The notes: a model not told the origin generated them from the sequence alone. A stretch of 64,000 bases of DNA from Epithemia pelagica (GCA_946965045.2 OX337231.1:3906001-3970000); one strand, 5' to 3'. Shown: positions 52,880 to 64,000, counted from the stretch's first letter. A program made the numbers and translations.

Positions 52880-55800
52880 CTATGATGCCGCCAGCGTAGT
52901 TTTGGCAACACTACCATCACCAAGAAAGGTTTGACGACAACATGGGCAATCTCGTCGTTGTTCTTGAATGTGTTCCAAACCAGCAGTATTCTCTCCGTCG
53001 AACAGATCCTGAGGCGTCGTACTAGAATGGCTGCTGGAATCTCGAACCAACCATGCCACGATACAGTCTCGGTGAAACAGATGAATGCAGTGAGGGAAGG
53101 ATGACCCACTAATTATATCGCCATCTTGATAGGGAGAGAGACAGATGGCACAACAAGAGCTCGTGTCCTCCGCGCTGATAAATCTCGGTCGTGTCCTGAC
53201 TGCGTTGTCATTACCATAATGGAGAGGGATGCTCAGGGTGGACTTGTTGCTGCTGCTTGCTTCAGCAATGGGGCATAGCCACAGCAAGTAAGAAGTCGGG
53301 TGATCTGTCTCATTGTCGTTTTCACTTGCGTCCTGCTTTTGTTCTGAAACGTGTTCTCGTCCATGTTCTGGCAAAGGAGAGGCAACGTCTAGAGTTGCCG
53401 ATCCAAGATCATTCGTTCCATTCTCTGCCAATAATAAGGGCTCCTTGCTGCTGTCCTTGACGTTTGTCGATTGTGGATAGGGAGGCCGTGCCGTCAATCT
53501 ATAGGTGGACGGTTCCAAGGCGTGTTCAATCTGTGCCTTGCCAAGAATGCGTACACCGCGACGGGTCCGACGACCACTGCGTTCCGTATCAAAGCCATGA
53601 TGGAACAATTGATGAAACAGATTGTGGGTGTAATAAAAGGCGCGTCGATTCGGAGTACCATCCTCGTCCTGATTCTCATTCTCGTTGTTGTCATTGTTGT
53701 TGTTTTCTTCGTCGTCATCATGTCCCTGGAGTTGAAAGGTCAAGGCGCACAACAAGAGGGAACAGAATAAGGACCAACAGGCCCACGAGGACGGTGAGGA
53801 TGGATCGATTGGTGCCGCCATTGCCGTGGACATGGTATCCTCTGAATGGGGGCTCGATTCTTGTGGGTGCAGATCGTGGTTCTGATTCAGGCCATCGTCT
53901 TGATGATAGTCCTGATGATTGTCGTGGTGAAAGCGTCCTGGAATACCATTGGTGGTCGTCCAATACAGACTCAACATGGGAGCGGCAATGCGACTGGAAA
54001 GAAGAATGAGCAACAGAGCAATGAACGAGACCCAGTACGGCCAGATCAGCGACAGATAATGAATCATTTGAATCTTGGTTGGTACATATTGTCGCAATAA
54101 CACCAGGGGCGAATGAGGTTGGGACACGAACGACAAGGATGGCGTCGACGTGGACGACGAGGAGGATTCTGGTGGTGGAGTCAGGTCACCGTCATTCCCA
54201 GTGGATGCCAAACTGTGGTGTTGTCTCTTGTTGTTGTTGTTGTTGTTGTTGTTGTTGCTTGTGTCATCCCAAATTGCTACGGCAGCTGCCGCGGACCAAA
54301 CCAATGCTGTCATCCATGTTGTAGTTCCTACATGCGACATGCTTTTGGTCGTCGTCGTCGCAGTTATGGCTTCATCATCCGTTGGCGAAGGAGCGTCCAT
54401 TTCCTGTTCTTGATGCGTCGTCTCGATTGTACTCCAGCCTTGATCCTTGGGAGCCACCATCATCCGGCTGACTGATGTTGTCGTCGCATAGTGCTGGTCG
54501 CTGGCAGATGCGACTTGTAATGGTTCGGCTGGTGGCGCATTCCTAGCAGACACAGTCGCAGCAGGGAACGTCTTGGGTTTCCACAAGGCTTTTCTGCTCG
54601 TGGTAGTTGTAGTAGTCACACTCCATCCAAAGGCGGCCGTCCACACGTCATGTGGCGTGAGCAGGTACGAATTGGAATCCTTCTTGTTCGTCTCGCTTGG
54701 GTCCACCGTTGGCGTTGGTGGTGTGGGTCGTCGACGGCGTTCGACTCCCAGGGTCCAATGGTGCCACAAGGACCGTCGTCGTCGTCCTCGTCCTTGTGTC
54801 CATGGATCATGATCCACTGGATTGGCTGGTACCCGATTCATTGTTGCGGTAGTGGTGGTTCTGGATATCGTAGCTACAGCATCCGCCTGTGGTTGTGACC
54901 CCACTGGTGGTTGTCGCACGGTTGTTCTTGTTGTGGTTGTCGCTTTTCGATCTTCTGTCTTTTGGTCGGCACGTTGTGGTTGTGGTTGTTGTGGTGGATG
55001 GTTGCCGTCCTGATCCTTGTGTTGTTCCTCCTCTGTCGCCTCGTCTGGTACAGTTTGGTGGTTGGGCAACACCAAGGGAAGCAAGCGTGAGTGGTAGGAA
55101 CTGGAGATTCCTATCACGACGTGTCTCGTATTCGTGTGCGTCCTACCAGCGTCATGGCGGTGGAAGGATGGTGGTGGTGAGGATGAGGATTGGCAACTTG
55201 TAGTAGGAGTAGTACCAGAATACCAACACCACACTACCGAGGAGGAGCCCGAGACGAGGAACATGGTCGCGATTGTAAAGAGGGCCAGGGTCGAACCAAA
55301 CAGCAAGAAAATCACGGTACCGTGTCGTTCCAAGTCGCCTTCGTCTTCTTCTTCTTGTTGTTCCAATGAATCAGTGGCATGTGACATAAGTTGTTGTTGC
55401 GGCTGCCGGGTCCAGGTGGTTGGGACGGTTGTGGTCGTCGAGGCTGTAGTAGTGGAAACGGATGCGTGCCATGGTGGTTGATTGGTGGCGGTTTGTCCAA
55501 CCATGTGCAAGAGCAACCACGGTTCCAAAAATGGTTCTCCATCCTCCTCCTCATTGTCTTGCTGCTCCTCTTGTTGTGGTTGGTGTTGGTGTTGGTTCTC
55601 AGTGTCTCGAGTGGTTTCCGCAGTGGTAGTAACCGTTGCACTGCTTCTCCGTGTCGTTCTTCTGGCTGTTGGACGAACCATCCACGTGAGCAAGGACCAG
55701 ACAGCTCCCAACACGAGACACAACCAATCATCTGGTTCGAGAACGAGCCATTGATCCACCTTTTCCTCGTCGTCGTCGTCGTCATTCTCTGGAGGATGAG

Positions 55801-56104
55801 TTTCGGAGGGTGGTGGTTCGTCGTCGTCCGTGACAAAGAGGGCAGGAATGGAGGCCCGAGCGTGTCGTGGTTCGACGACAAGTTCGTCCTCGTCCTCGTC
55901 TTCGTCCTCTTCATCATCATCACTGTCCATATCCCACCACCATTGCATAGACATTGTCGTCGTAGGAGGCCTTCGACTGACTGTGGAAAACACTGATGAT
56001 TCGGCAGGATCATTCTCGTGATTCTCCTCGAATGGTTCCTCCTCCACCCGTTCCTCCTCCTCTTCCTCGTCGAGTCTTGGTGGACTTGTATTCGTGGAAT
56101 CCAT
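52880..56104 (-). CDS. Multi-pass membrane RING-H2 E3 ubiquitin ligase
   Basis: C-terminal CAICLSPYQDGD...CIHLFHRDCIVAWL...CPCCR; several upstream hydrophobic segments. Confidence 0.85.
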   Translation of the reverse strand: MDSTNTSPPRLDEEEEEERVEEEPFEENHENDPAESSVFSTVSRRPPTTTMSMQWWWDMDSDDDEEDEDEDEDELVVEPRHARASIPALFVTDDDEPPPSETHPPENDDDDDEEKVDQWLVLEPDDWLCLVLGAVWSLLTWMVRPTARRTTRRSSATVTTTAETTRDTENQHQHQPQQEEQQDNEEEDGEPFLEPWLLLHMVGQTATNQPPWHASVSTTTASTTTTVPTTWTRQPQQQLMSHATDSLEQQEEEDEGDLERHGTVIFLLFGSTLALFTIATMFLVSGSSSVVWCWYSGTTPTTSCQSSSSPPPSFHRHDAGRTHTNTRHVVIGISSSYHSRLLPLVLPNHQTVPDEATEEEQHKDQDGNHPPQQPQPQRADQKTEDRKATTTTRTTVRQPPVGSQPQADAVATISRTTTTATMNRVPANPVDHDPWTQGRGRRRRSLWHHWTLGVERRRRPTPPTPTVDPSETNKKDSNSYLLTPHDVWTAAFGWSVTTTTTTSRKALWKPKTFPAATVSARNAPPAEPLQVASASDQHYATTTSVSRMMVAPKDQGWSTIETTHQEQEMDAPSPTDDEAITATTTTKSMSHVGTTTWMTALVWSAAAAVAIWDDTSNNNNNNNNNKRQHHSLASTGNDGDLTPPPESSSSSTSTPSLSFVSQPHSPLVLLRQYVPTKIQMIHYLSLIWPYWVSFIALLLILLSSRIAAPMLSLYWTTTNGIPGRFHHDNHQDYHQDDGLNQNHDLHPQESSPHSEDTMSTAMAAPIDPSSPSSWACWSLFCSLLLCALTFQLQGHDDDEENNNNDNNENENQDEDGTPNRRAFYYTHNLFHQLFHHGFDTERSGRRTRRGVRILGKAQIEHALEPSTYRLTARPPYPQSTNVKDSSKEPLLLAENGTNDLGSATLDVASPLPEHGREHVSEQKQDASENDNETDHPTSYLLWLCPIAEASSSNKSTLSIPLHYGNDNAVRTRPRFISAEDTSSCCAICLSPYQDGDIISGSSFPHCIHLFHRDCIVAWLVRDSSSHSSTTPQDLFDGENTAGLEHIQEQRRDCPCCRQTFLGDGSVAKTTLAAS

Positions 56105-57886
56105 GTTCCAAAACGTCAAGAAAAGAAACTGGGATGATGACGATAATGATGAGGATGACGGTAATGTGATGGTGTGATGGCACCCAATCAATCACGGTCG
56201 ATGCAATCCAGGACTCTAATAGAATTTGTGGATGGATTCTAATAGAGAAACCTCACGACGGACCACACTTTTGCCAGTAGCAAGAGTCTCTCGATTGGAT
56301 CTCTCGACGACACACTGAAAAGAAGGATTCGAATCTAATATATAATCCAAGAGATGGAGAGAGAGAATCGAGAGAGGGAGAGAGCAATGACTTCTTGTGT
56401 CGTCCTTCGTCCTTGCGTTTGTTCTTTGCCGTGATGGTTTCGGAGTAAAGAGTTGATTGCGGATGGATCTTTTTGGTCCGTGTCGAAGACATTGGGACAA
56501 GCTGCTGTGTCTCCCTTCAAATTCTTGGCGGCCATCGTCTCTGTCGCTCACCGAATGTGTTTGCTTTTTCGCACCTCTCGCAATCTCCCTGAGAGTCTCT
56601 CCAAACTCTGAGGATTTTCAATTTTCAAACGTTCCGTCTACAATCTGTTTCACACTACTCTTCCGTTGGAAGTTGGAATGTTCCGAGTTCTGATCGCCCA
56701 AAGCGAACGAAACGCGACTCCAAAACGATCGACGAATCGACCTCGGAGGATAGGTAGTACACGCAGTTTTTTTTTTGCTTTCTAGCAGCGGAGTAACCTT
56801 AGGAATACCTACTCCTCTATGCTCTAGAGGAGTAGTTTGTTTCGGTTTGTTATTCTTTGGTGTACCCAGACCATGCCTACGTTCGGTCGTCCTATCCAAC
56901 AAGGAGGAGGAGCTCCAGTTGCGAGCTCTCTCTATTCGAGAGAAACATCCCAAGCTCTAGAGCAATAGGTAGACGGAATCCCTTTGCTTTCTACCTAGCT
57001 ACCTAGCTACCTAGCTACTAGAGAGCTGTTGCATCAACCATCAACGGTGTCGTTCTTGACGGAGAAAGCACCAACTGGTGGTTCGCGTGTTTCATTGTTG
57101 AGATTTATTGCGTCCGGGTAGGGAGATATGGAGAGATGGAGCGATGAGACTGTAAAGACACACGCGCAACTCGGCAGCAACGATTGCACTCCATGGTGCA
57201 ACCCTCTGCATCACGAGTGTACAAGATTATAGGAGATGCTCCGGATCGACTTTCGGAATATCGAGCGGCTGTAGTTTTCATTCAGTTAGAAAGAATGATG
57301 TGTTTCGTGGAGTCAAACTCTCGAAAGTGGATGGAACGAGTAGGTGTGCGCGCCAGCCCAGTTTCCCAACGAACCTCTCGTTGCTCACAAATAATACGCC
57401 AACAATTGTCCCAAAACGCAATCTCGAACAGCCATGGTCCTCTTTCATGTATTCATTATTGATTGAGATGGAGTCCATTCATTGGGACCAACGAATTAAA
57501 TCGGATGCACCACACATACCCAAACATCACACACACCCAAGCCAAGTCGGCAGAGTCCCAATCGACTCGTTTTGCCAAATACTCTCCAGCCAAGTCTCGG
57601 TTTGAGACGGCCAGGACTCTTGGTCTCGTAGTTTTCACACCGTCGACACGGAGAGAGTGTCTCATGGTGATGGTGGTGATCCGCAGGTAATCACTGCAGC
57701 TACTCTCTTTTTTCTCTTGCTGCATCATTTATTGTTCTTGGTTCCTAACAACCACTAGTGATTGACTGCATCTCGAGGTCTCTCTCGTTGTTTCTGCTTT
57801 GATCGACTCATTGTTCAAAGACCAGACAGACACACATATACACACACTCAAAACTGGTTGGTTGGTTCCTGTGCTCACTCTCCAAA

Positions 57887-58828
57887 ATGCCTACGAAACG
57901 AAGCCATAGAGAGGAGCATCACTGGCAGGAGAAGGTGCACATTATTGAAGCCACGGCCGAAGAAGTGGCTCGTGCTTCGACTCGATGCCACCCTCAAAAG
58001 ACTACAAACGCAGCCGCAGCAACAACATGTCCCAAGAGAAAACACTGCTGCACTACTACTTCTTCTACTTTGTGTTGTTCCAAACCAAGAGTCGATGATC
58101 CACAGCCAGCCCGAACCAACAACGACAACAATGACTGGGCAACGTGGCACACATCCGTCTTGACGTCCTTTGTGGCACAACCATCCTTGGAGCAACAACC
58201 GCAATCACCATCCTTCTCTCCTCAAGACTTGCTACTGCAGCAGCAGCAGCAGCCTGCCGATTGGGTCGTTCATGCCTTTGAACAAGCCTCCTTGCGGGCG
58301 CAACAACATGCCTGCCAGCTCGTCCAACACGAAGTGGCACGAGTCCATGCCCAATTTCAAGACTGGATCGAGTTGCAGCAGCAGGAACAGCAGGACGTTA
58401 AGGAAGAAGAGGAGGAGAAACACGACGATCCTGTTACTAACCAGCCAAACAACAGCAGGCACAAAGATCCCTCCAGCAGCTCTCGTGGTCGCAAACGACG
58501 CCGCTTGTTGAATCATCCTTCCACTCTTTATCATTCTTCTTTGCCTGTCCCACACAACCACAACGACGACAATGACGAAACGAATGAGGATTGGTTGTGG
58601 CATCAAGCTCGTCGGAGTCAACGCATGATGGATTTAGTCTCCACCTTACAACAGGTACATGGTCGATTGTTGGATGAATTGGCCGCCTGTGCCGACGATG
58701 CTGAAGTACGATCATCCTCTGTTGGTTCTGGTTCGTCGTTACCGTTGCCACGAGGGGTGCCGCAAGGATCGGTCTGCAAGAACCACGACAGCACGAACAA
58801 GAAGGGAGACAAAACATCCTGTAGCTAG
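57887..58828 (+). CDS. Hypothetical helical/coiled-coil protein
   Basis: 313-aa ORF with composition typical of neighbouring genes; no family recognised. Confidence 0.6.
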   Translation: MPTKRSHREEHHWQEKVHIIEATAEEVARASTRCHPQKTTNAAAATTCPKRKHCCTTTSSTLCCSKPRVDDPQPARTNNDNNDWATWHTSVLTSFVAQPSLEQQPQSPSFSPQDLLLQQQQQPADWVVHAFEQASLRAQQHACQLVQHEVARVHAQFQDWIELQQQEQQDVKEEEEEKHDDPVTNQPNNSRHKDPSSSSRGRKRRRLLNHPSTLYHSSLPVPHNHNDDNDETNEDWLWHQARRSQRMMDLVSTLQQVHGRLLDELAACADDAEVRSSSVGSGSSLPLPRGVPQGSVCKNHDSTNKKGDKTSCS

Positions 58829-60532
58829 CAAAGTAGAAGGAATTCTAGGGGGAATGCATTCCTGGCTGGTTTGTCGTTGTTACTTTTGGCGTGTCGCTCG
58901 CGTGCCAATCCTTCATGCGTTTGTCAAAGAAACAAGTAGTGATCTTCCCATCCCATTATTTCTACTAGCAACGCACGCCTGATCCGTGCGTTCTCGGTTG
59001 TGATTTGCAAAAAGTGTTCCGTGTCATGTGCATCTATTGTCGGGGGACTCGAGAAATGACAATTCGTGTGCAGTTGATAGAGTTCGTCCAGAAAGATGCA
59101 GAGACTCGCTGACTCTTACGGCTCTGTGCTCACCTGTAAATACGATAGCAGCACGGAAAGAACGATATATTGGGGCACTGGGTTGAAGATTTCCAAACTT
59201 TTAGTGTCACAGCGCTTGTCAAGAGTTGCGATTCGACTACGACAAACAAAACAATCTCATGATGCCATGTCATCCCGCAGCTCTCTTGTCGGCAACCGTA
59301 TGTTGGACTGGCATGCCACCAATCAATTTGGGGTACAACCACGTCATGGTCTCGTGGACCTGTCACCACCAGAGAAGAGTTGTACAAAGTCATTGTGCGT
59401 CTCTCCAGTGTTTCTGCTGCAGTTGCGGCGAGGTGTAGTGACCACCTTATCATGCAGCACTTGTATGCTCAAGACTAGAGCCATGCCTTCTCCATTGATT
59501 TGGGGAGACTCACATGCATACATGCGTCATTTCCGACCAAATCACGTTTCTTTACAAGTATCGGATCGACTCAAATACGGTTTGAAAAACCTCGGGTCCA
59601 CAAAGTCGCCAAGACCACGAAAATCACTAACGTGACACGGAAGGAAAGAAAACGATGAGACTGGTTTCCACAGTGCGACCAACCAGCACGGTACAGAGTG
59701 TGGCCGTGACGAAACAAAGACCATCAGAACTTTACGAGTGTGGTCCAACAGCAATGGTCGATGGATTCGGACGGGAGATAGAACTTCCAAACAAGCATGC
59801 CGTTGCCACGTTCCTGTCCTTCGGTTGGGACCTTTGTTTCAGCCATTGACGTAAAAGCAAAAATATGAAACCGAGTACAAGTCTCAAACGACTGACCATA
59901 CAACTTCAAGCCAACGTCGCTGGTAAAATAACAACGGAATTCCACGATAAATCACGAAACCGGAGAGATCTTGCGTAGATGCTTTTGCAAAGCAGGCATG
60001 AAAACGAGGCGTGCAACCAAGCGGCGTTATCATGCCTGCTTTGCAAACCAAAACAGCTTCGCTTTGAATGGTGCATACTTTCCATCGCATTGATACAGTC
60101 GGATGTTTTTTGCATCTCATTTCCAATGACTATTCCCGAAGCGAGATGACTTGTCCGGCTCGATAGAAAATTTAATGACTCCCCCGTCTGAAGCAAAGGT
60201 AGAGACTGCATGTGCAGTACTCGACACAGGCAATAGAGCAAACTCCATTGGAAAACGAACATGAGCGGAACGTGGGTTCGTCCAGACTTCACTTTGTTGC
60301 TCTCTCTGTAGAAAATGTGAGAGCGCCAGAGTCAAACGGCTCGCAGAGCTGCGCGTGTCCTTTTTTTGGTCCCGATATCGGTAAGTAAATGTTAAACAAA
60401 GTTAACGGTCATCCTATGTTTGTAGCCGGCCTGCGTTGATCACATACGAATTGCCGTTGCGAGCGACCCTAGATACTGGAAGAGTAAAAGAGGTGCAAAG
60501 TCTCTCATGTTTCTCATTGTCGGCCATGCCCA

Positions 60533-60858
60533 TTTTGATCTTGGATCTTGGGCCATCCAGAACCAAACTCTTTTGCGCACGAGAGCGGTCCATCCACATG
60601 AAATCGGGCCCCGAACACACAAGCACACTCTTAGCTAGCTTCCACATTTGCGTGTAACATATATTTCTGGAACTAATCTAGGTAGTAAGAATTCCATGTC
60701 CAGCTTTTGATCTTGGGCCATCTCTCTAGAACCAAACTCTTGGCGCACAAGCGGTCCATCCATGAGAAATCTGGCCCCGAACACACAAGCACACTACTAG
60801 CTATTAGCTTCCACAGATGCGTGTAACATTTATATTTCTGGAACTAATCTAGGTAGTA
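60533..60858. repeat. About 155-bp tandem duplication
   Basis: 60533-60687 and 60705-60858 share gggccat...agaaccaaactctt...ccccgaacacacaagcacact...tatttctggaactaatctaggtagta. Confidence 0.9.
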
Positions 60859-60974
60859 TTCAGCATTTTGTTCTTCCCAATCTCGTCTGTCGTTTGATTC
60901 GTTGGCTCCCCGACAAACGGTTTTCCCACAGCGCTCTCGTTCTCTCTCCTTGACACGTTTGGTCGACTCGTTTC

Positions 60975-63866
60975 TTAGGGATCTGTTCGAGTGGCGCGAG
61001 CGGACCTCGGTTCCTGGGTGTCTCGCGTGGCAGCAGCGGATGCCTGGCGACGACCACCGGGTGGTATGGAGGGAACTGGTGGAGGAGGATATCCTCGACT
61101 CATGCGCATCATCATCATGCGCAAATCTTCCGGCGGCAACTCCCACGGTTGCGCGTAGGGATTCACCGTAACCGGAGGCATCCATTTCCAATATTCGACG
61201 CGCTGAGTGCCCTCGATGCGTACCGTCTTGCCCACTCGGCCATCTTCTCGGATATCCCGAACGACATGAGGCCATATTTGTGTCACGAGAATTTCTCGAT
61301 CGCGACGCGACATTTCGTGCAACTTCCACGCCATGTCCTGACACAACCAATTGGAGGAGACTTGGCCCGCCATTTCATCCTCCTCGTCATTCTTGGACAA
61401 GGCCAGTGCCGCTTCTTCTTGCAACCGCATGTGCACGTGATGACGGACCGTCAACACCTTTTGTTCTCGGTCTTGTCGCTGCTGTCGTTGGACAAACCTG
61501 CGGTACACGGATGTCGCCAAGGCCACCAAACTCACCGAGGTGAGACCGACGTACAAGGGCGACACACTCAAGGCCGAAAAGAACAAGAAGAGACTCTGTT
61601 GCGTGAGTTCCCACACGGCGACCAGCACCACACTGAGAATGGCCGTCACAAAAAAGACGATTCCCACGACAATGCGACCATAATAACAGAGACGTGGAAT
61701 CTGCACTGGCATGTCGGGATGCAAGGCGATCCACATGTCTTGGGTGTCCTTGTCCAGTTCCAATACAAATCGAGCATAGTACGGGACAGTGCCGACCACA
61801 GCGCCACCATTCCATTGTTGCAGCTGTTGCTTGGCTCGTTGCTTTTGTTGTTTGGCAGGAATCGCCTTGAGATGCGGAGATGACGATGTCAAATTGGCCA
61901 AATACAACAATTGCAAGTCGTAACCACATTCCAGTTCCCCAACGACTCGACTGTAGTGAAAGAATGGCCGGTTGGTCCAAGTTCCCACGGTATGATTGGC
62001 ATCTATATTCCCTTCGACTTGACAGTAGGATTGAACGGTCCAATCATGCAACAATTGGTGCACCGCGTCCATGGTTGCGTTGGCTTCTTCCGACAAGTAA
62101 CACGATCCTTCATGGACTTGGTGCAGGCGAGGGCAACTCACGATACGGCCGCCACGACAATGCGCATGTCGAGGACAGGGAACCCATTCAATCACCCGTT
62201 CCTGGATTGCAGGCACTACATCGGTTTCGTTGACATTGGTTTCCACGTCTTGGTTCTCTGTCTCCTCGGAATCATCGTCCAGTTCGTGTTCCGTCGACAC
62301 TGGTACACACTGCGGATCCAGTTCCACAGTGTCGTTGTTCCCCTCGTCGTCTTGTGGACTGTCCAAAAAGCACTGCACCACGACCGCCGTTCCGAATTCC
62401 CTCTGGCCCGTCACGGAGTGCCACATCCACTGGACCAATTGGAGGGAGGAGACGCCTTGTGGATGATAGCCCGCCAAGACAACCGACAACCAAACGACCA
62501 AGCCGGTCAAGACGAGGGGTCCCCAAAAAATGACTTGTTTGCGCCGCCATTGACGGGCCCGTTCTTGTTCCGCCTGTCGTCGACGCTGATACGCGGCCGC
62601 ATCTGCTTGCGCTTGCTGCAATCGTTCGCGGTCGCGGCGTTCCGCAATGACTTGCAAGGCTTGTTGCCGCAACTCTTCATTCACGTCGTCGTCGTCATCG
62701 TCATCATCATCATCGTAGTCATCATCCTCCAAATCTTCTTGACGTTCCAATTCCTGATACATGCGCTCCAAGGAATGGACACTTCGAATGGAGCTGGTTC
62801 CGGGAGTAGTTGTGGTAGTCGAAAAGTTGGCGGGAGGTTCTGGTTTGGCAGCTGCTGCGACTGCCGCAGGGGCCGAAGATGGTGGAAGGGGAATTTCTTG
62901 TGGATCCGAGCTCTTTGGGCGATTGCTCGAGCGTGTCTGGGGTCGAATGGCAATTGTGGGAGGATCGGGTGAGGAAACTGCCGCGGAGGACGAGGTTGCC
63001 GGTGCAGCACCAGCTGCTGGTGGCTCGGCCTTGGAGGCCTTTTTGGTATTGACAGAAGGAGACGATGCCGACGGCAAATGAGGCAGAGGTGGAATCGGAA
63101 TGGTCGCTTGAGTGGGAGGATCATCCTTGGCCAAGGTCACCATGGGCGATCCAAAGGGCGGTTTGGTGGTGAGGGCCTTCTTTTTGGCCGATTGACGCGT
63201 AGTTCGAGTCGGGGGACGCGGCGGTGTATGAGCGGCTGCCAGAGGGACTGTGGAGGGACGGGTCTCTCCAGCAGCAGAGGACGACGACGATGATGGTGGT
63301 TCGGAAGCCGTGACGGGCGGTGGGGCGGTCCGTTTCGGTGCACTGTTCTTGGCGGCTGCCGGAGCATCTTGGGTTCGTTTTCGGGACGGTGTGGGGGCGG
63401 TCGGAGGCTTGGTAGTCGTACTCGTACGACTCTTAGTCGTTCCATGCGTCCCTTCGGGTTCAGCCGCCTTGGACGAATGTTGGGCCGCTGCGGTCGATCG
63501 CGTGGTTCGAGTGCTCACAGTGGAAGCAGAAGGTGCTGCTGCGGCAGTGGACGATCGAGTGGGTCGATGAATGACCACCTCCGCATTGTCGTTGGAGGCC
63601 ACCGAGGGTTGTTTCGTGGGTGGTGGGCCTCGCCTCGGTGATGCAGCCGTGGTGGTTGGTCGAACACGTTTCGTCGTGGGTGCGGAAGAAGGTGGAGGCG
63701 CCGTTGTGTGAGGAGTAGTCGTCGATCCTCCGGTTTCGGCCTTGCGTTTTCGCAAGGTGCGAGCGGCAAACTGTTCGGCTCGTTGTGCCGCCAAGCGTCG
63801 TTTTTCGGCCTGTTCGGCTCGACGACGTTGGGCTTCTTCCTTGGTTTCACCCGTGGCGTTGTTCAT
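60975..63866 (-). CDS. Man1/Src1/Heh-like inner nuclear membrane protein
   Basis: Basic disordered N-terminus; two TM segments flanking a luminal Cys domain (WVPCPRHAHCRGG...C); C-terminal winged-helix-like IWPHVVRDIREDGRV...YWKW. Confidence 0.8.
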   Translation of the reverse strand: MNNATGETKEEAQRRRAEQAEKRRLAAQRAEQFAARTLRKRKAETGGSTTTPHTTAPPPSSAPTTKRVRPTTTAASPRRGPPPTKQPSVASNDNAEVVIHRPTRSSTAAAAPSASTVSTRTTRSTAAAQHSSKAAEPEGTHGTTKSRTSTTTKPPTAPTPSRKRTQDAPAAAKNSAPKRTAPPPVTASEPPSSSSSSAAGETRPSTVPLAAAHTPPRPPTRTTRQSAKKKALTTKPPFGSPMVTLAKDDPPTQATIPIPPLPHLPSASSPSVNTKKASKAEPPAAGAAPATSSSAAVSSPDPPTIAIRPQTRSSNRPKSSDPQEIPLPPSSAPAAVAAAAKPEPPANFSTTTTTPGTSSIRSVHSLERMYQELERQEDLEDDDYDDDDDDDDDDVNEELRQQALQVIAERRDRERLQQAQADAAAYQRRRQAEQERARQWRRKQVIFWGPLVLTGLVVWLSVVLAGYHPQGVSSLQLVQWMWHSVTGQREFGTAVVVQCFLDSPQDDEGNNDTVELDPQCVPVSTEHELDDDSEETENQDVETNVNETDVVPAIQERVIEWVPCPRHAHCRGGRIVSCPRLHQVHEGSCYLSEEANATMDAVHQLLHDWTVQSYCQVEGNIDANHTVGTWTNRPFFHYSRVVGELECGYDLQLLYLANLTSSSPHLKAIPAKQQKQRAKQQLQQWNGGAVVGTVPYYARFVLELDKDTQDMWIALHPDMPVQIPRLCYYGRIVVGIVFFVTAILSVVLVAVWELTQQSLFLFFSALSVSPLYVGLTSVSLVALATSVYRRFVQRQQRQDREQKVLTVRHHVHMRLQEEAALALSKNDEEDEMAGQVSSNWLCQDMAWKLHEMSRRDREILVTQIWPHVVRDIREDGRVGKTVRIEGTQRVEYWKWMPPVTVNPYAQPWELPPEDLRMMMMRMSRGYPPPPVPSIPPGGRRQASAAATRDTQEPRSARATRTDP

Positions 63867-64000
63867 GATTCTTCTTCTTCACTGAATGATAAGAATATGA
63901 GCTGATGCAATAATCGTAGAGTGGGATTGATGGGTTCGTTCCACAGCCGGAACAAAGGCGCGCAAGGCTCCAAGTGAAGCAAGAAATGCCGGAAGGTGCT

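Noticed and set aside
59090-60335. Decayed minus-strand gene (ORF pieces 60117-60335, 59724-59945 and 59130-59453 share a frame)
   Set aside because: Many stops and no recognisable motif; cannot be supported without a homology search
217-63905. Numerous long antisense or overlapping ORFs (e.g. 10817-11851, 14660-15706, 61911-62972)
   Set aside because: Shadows of real genes on the opposite strand, caused by codon bias
1-64000. tRNA/rRNA genes and LTR/RT retroelements
   Set aside because: None recognised by eye; tRNAscan-SE or Infernal would be needed to exclude them formally

Overview
Eukaryotic genomic DNA, most likely a pennate diatom. Evidence: short GT(ACGT/AAG)...AG introns, bipartite signal-peptide + 'A-F' plastid-targeting leaders, CP12, a Kre6-like GH16, and expanded HMG-box and DUF4116 families. 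I support about 19 protein-coding loci: tandem CP12-like protein, four HMG-box genes in two head-to-head pairs, glutathionyl-hydroquinone reductase (one in-frame stop), acylated hemerythrin, proteasome beta-7, ORMDL, NF-YC, GH16, plastid dihydrolipoamide dehydrogenase, a giant IQ-repeat membrane protein, DUF4116 protein, RING-H2 membrane ligase, Man1/Src1-like nuclear envelope protein and two hypotheticals. There are also three non-autonomous DNA transposons with intact TIRs and TSDs (hAT, Tc1/mariner, and one with a 7-bp TSD). The most interesting region is an accessory island at about 17.0-21.6 kb. It holds a Crinkler/RHS-type NTPase-nuclease gene head-to-head with a membrane-anchored Fic AMPylase gene, a deleted relic of a second Fic copy to its left, and fold-back repeats of a plastid-leader fragment to its right. 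All family assignments are from motif recognition; no database search was run.
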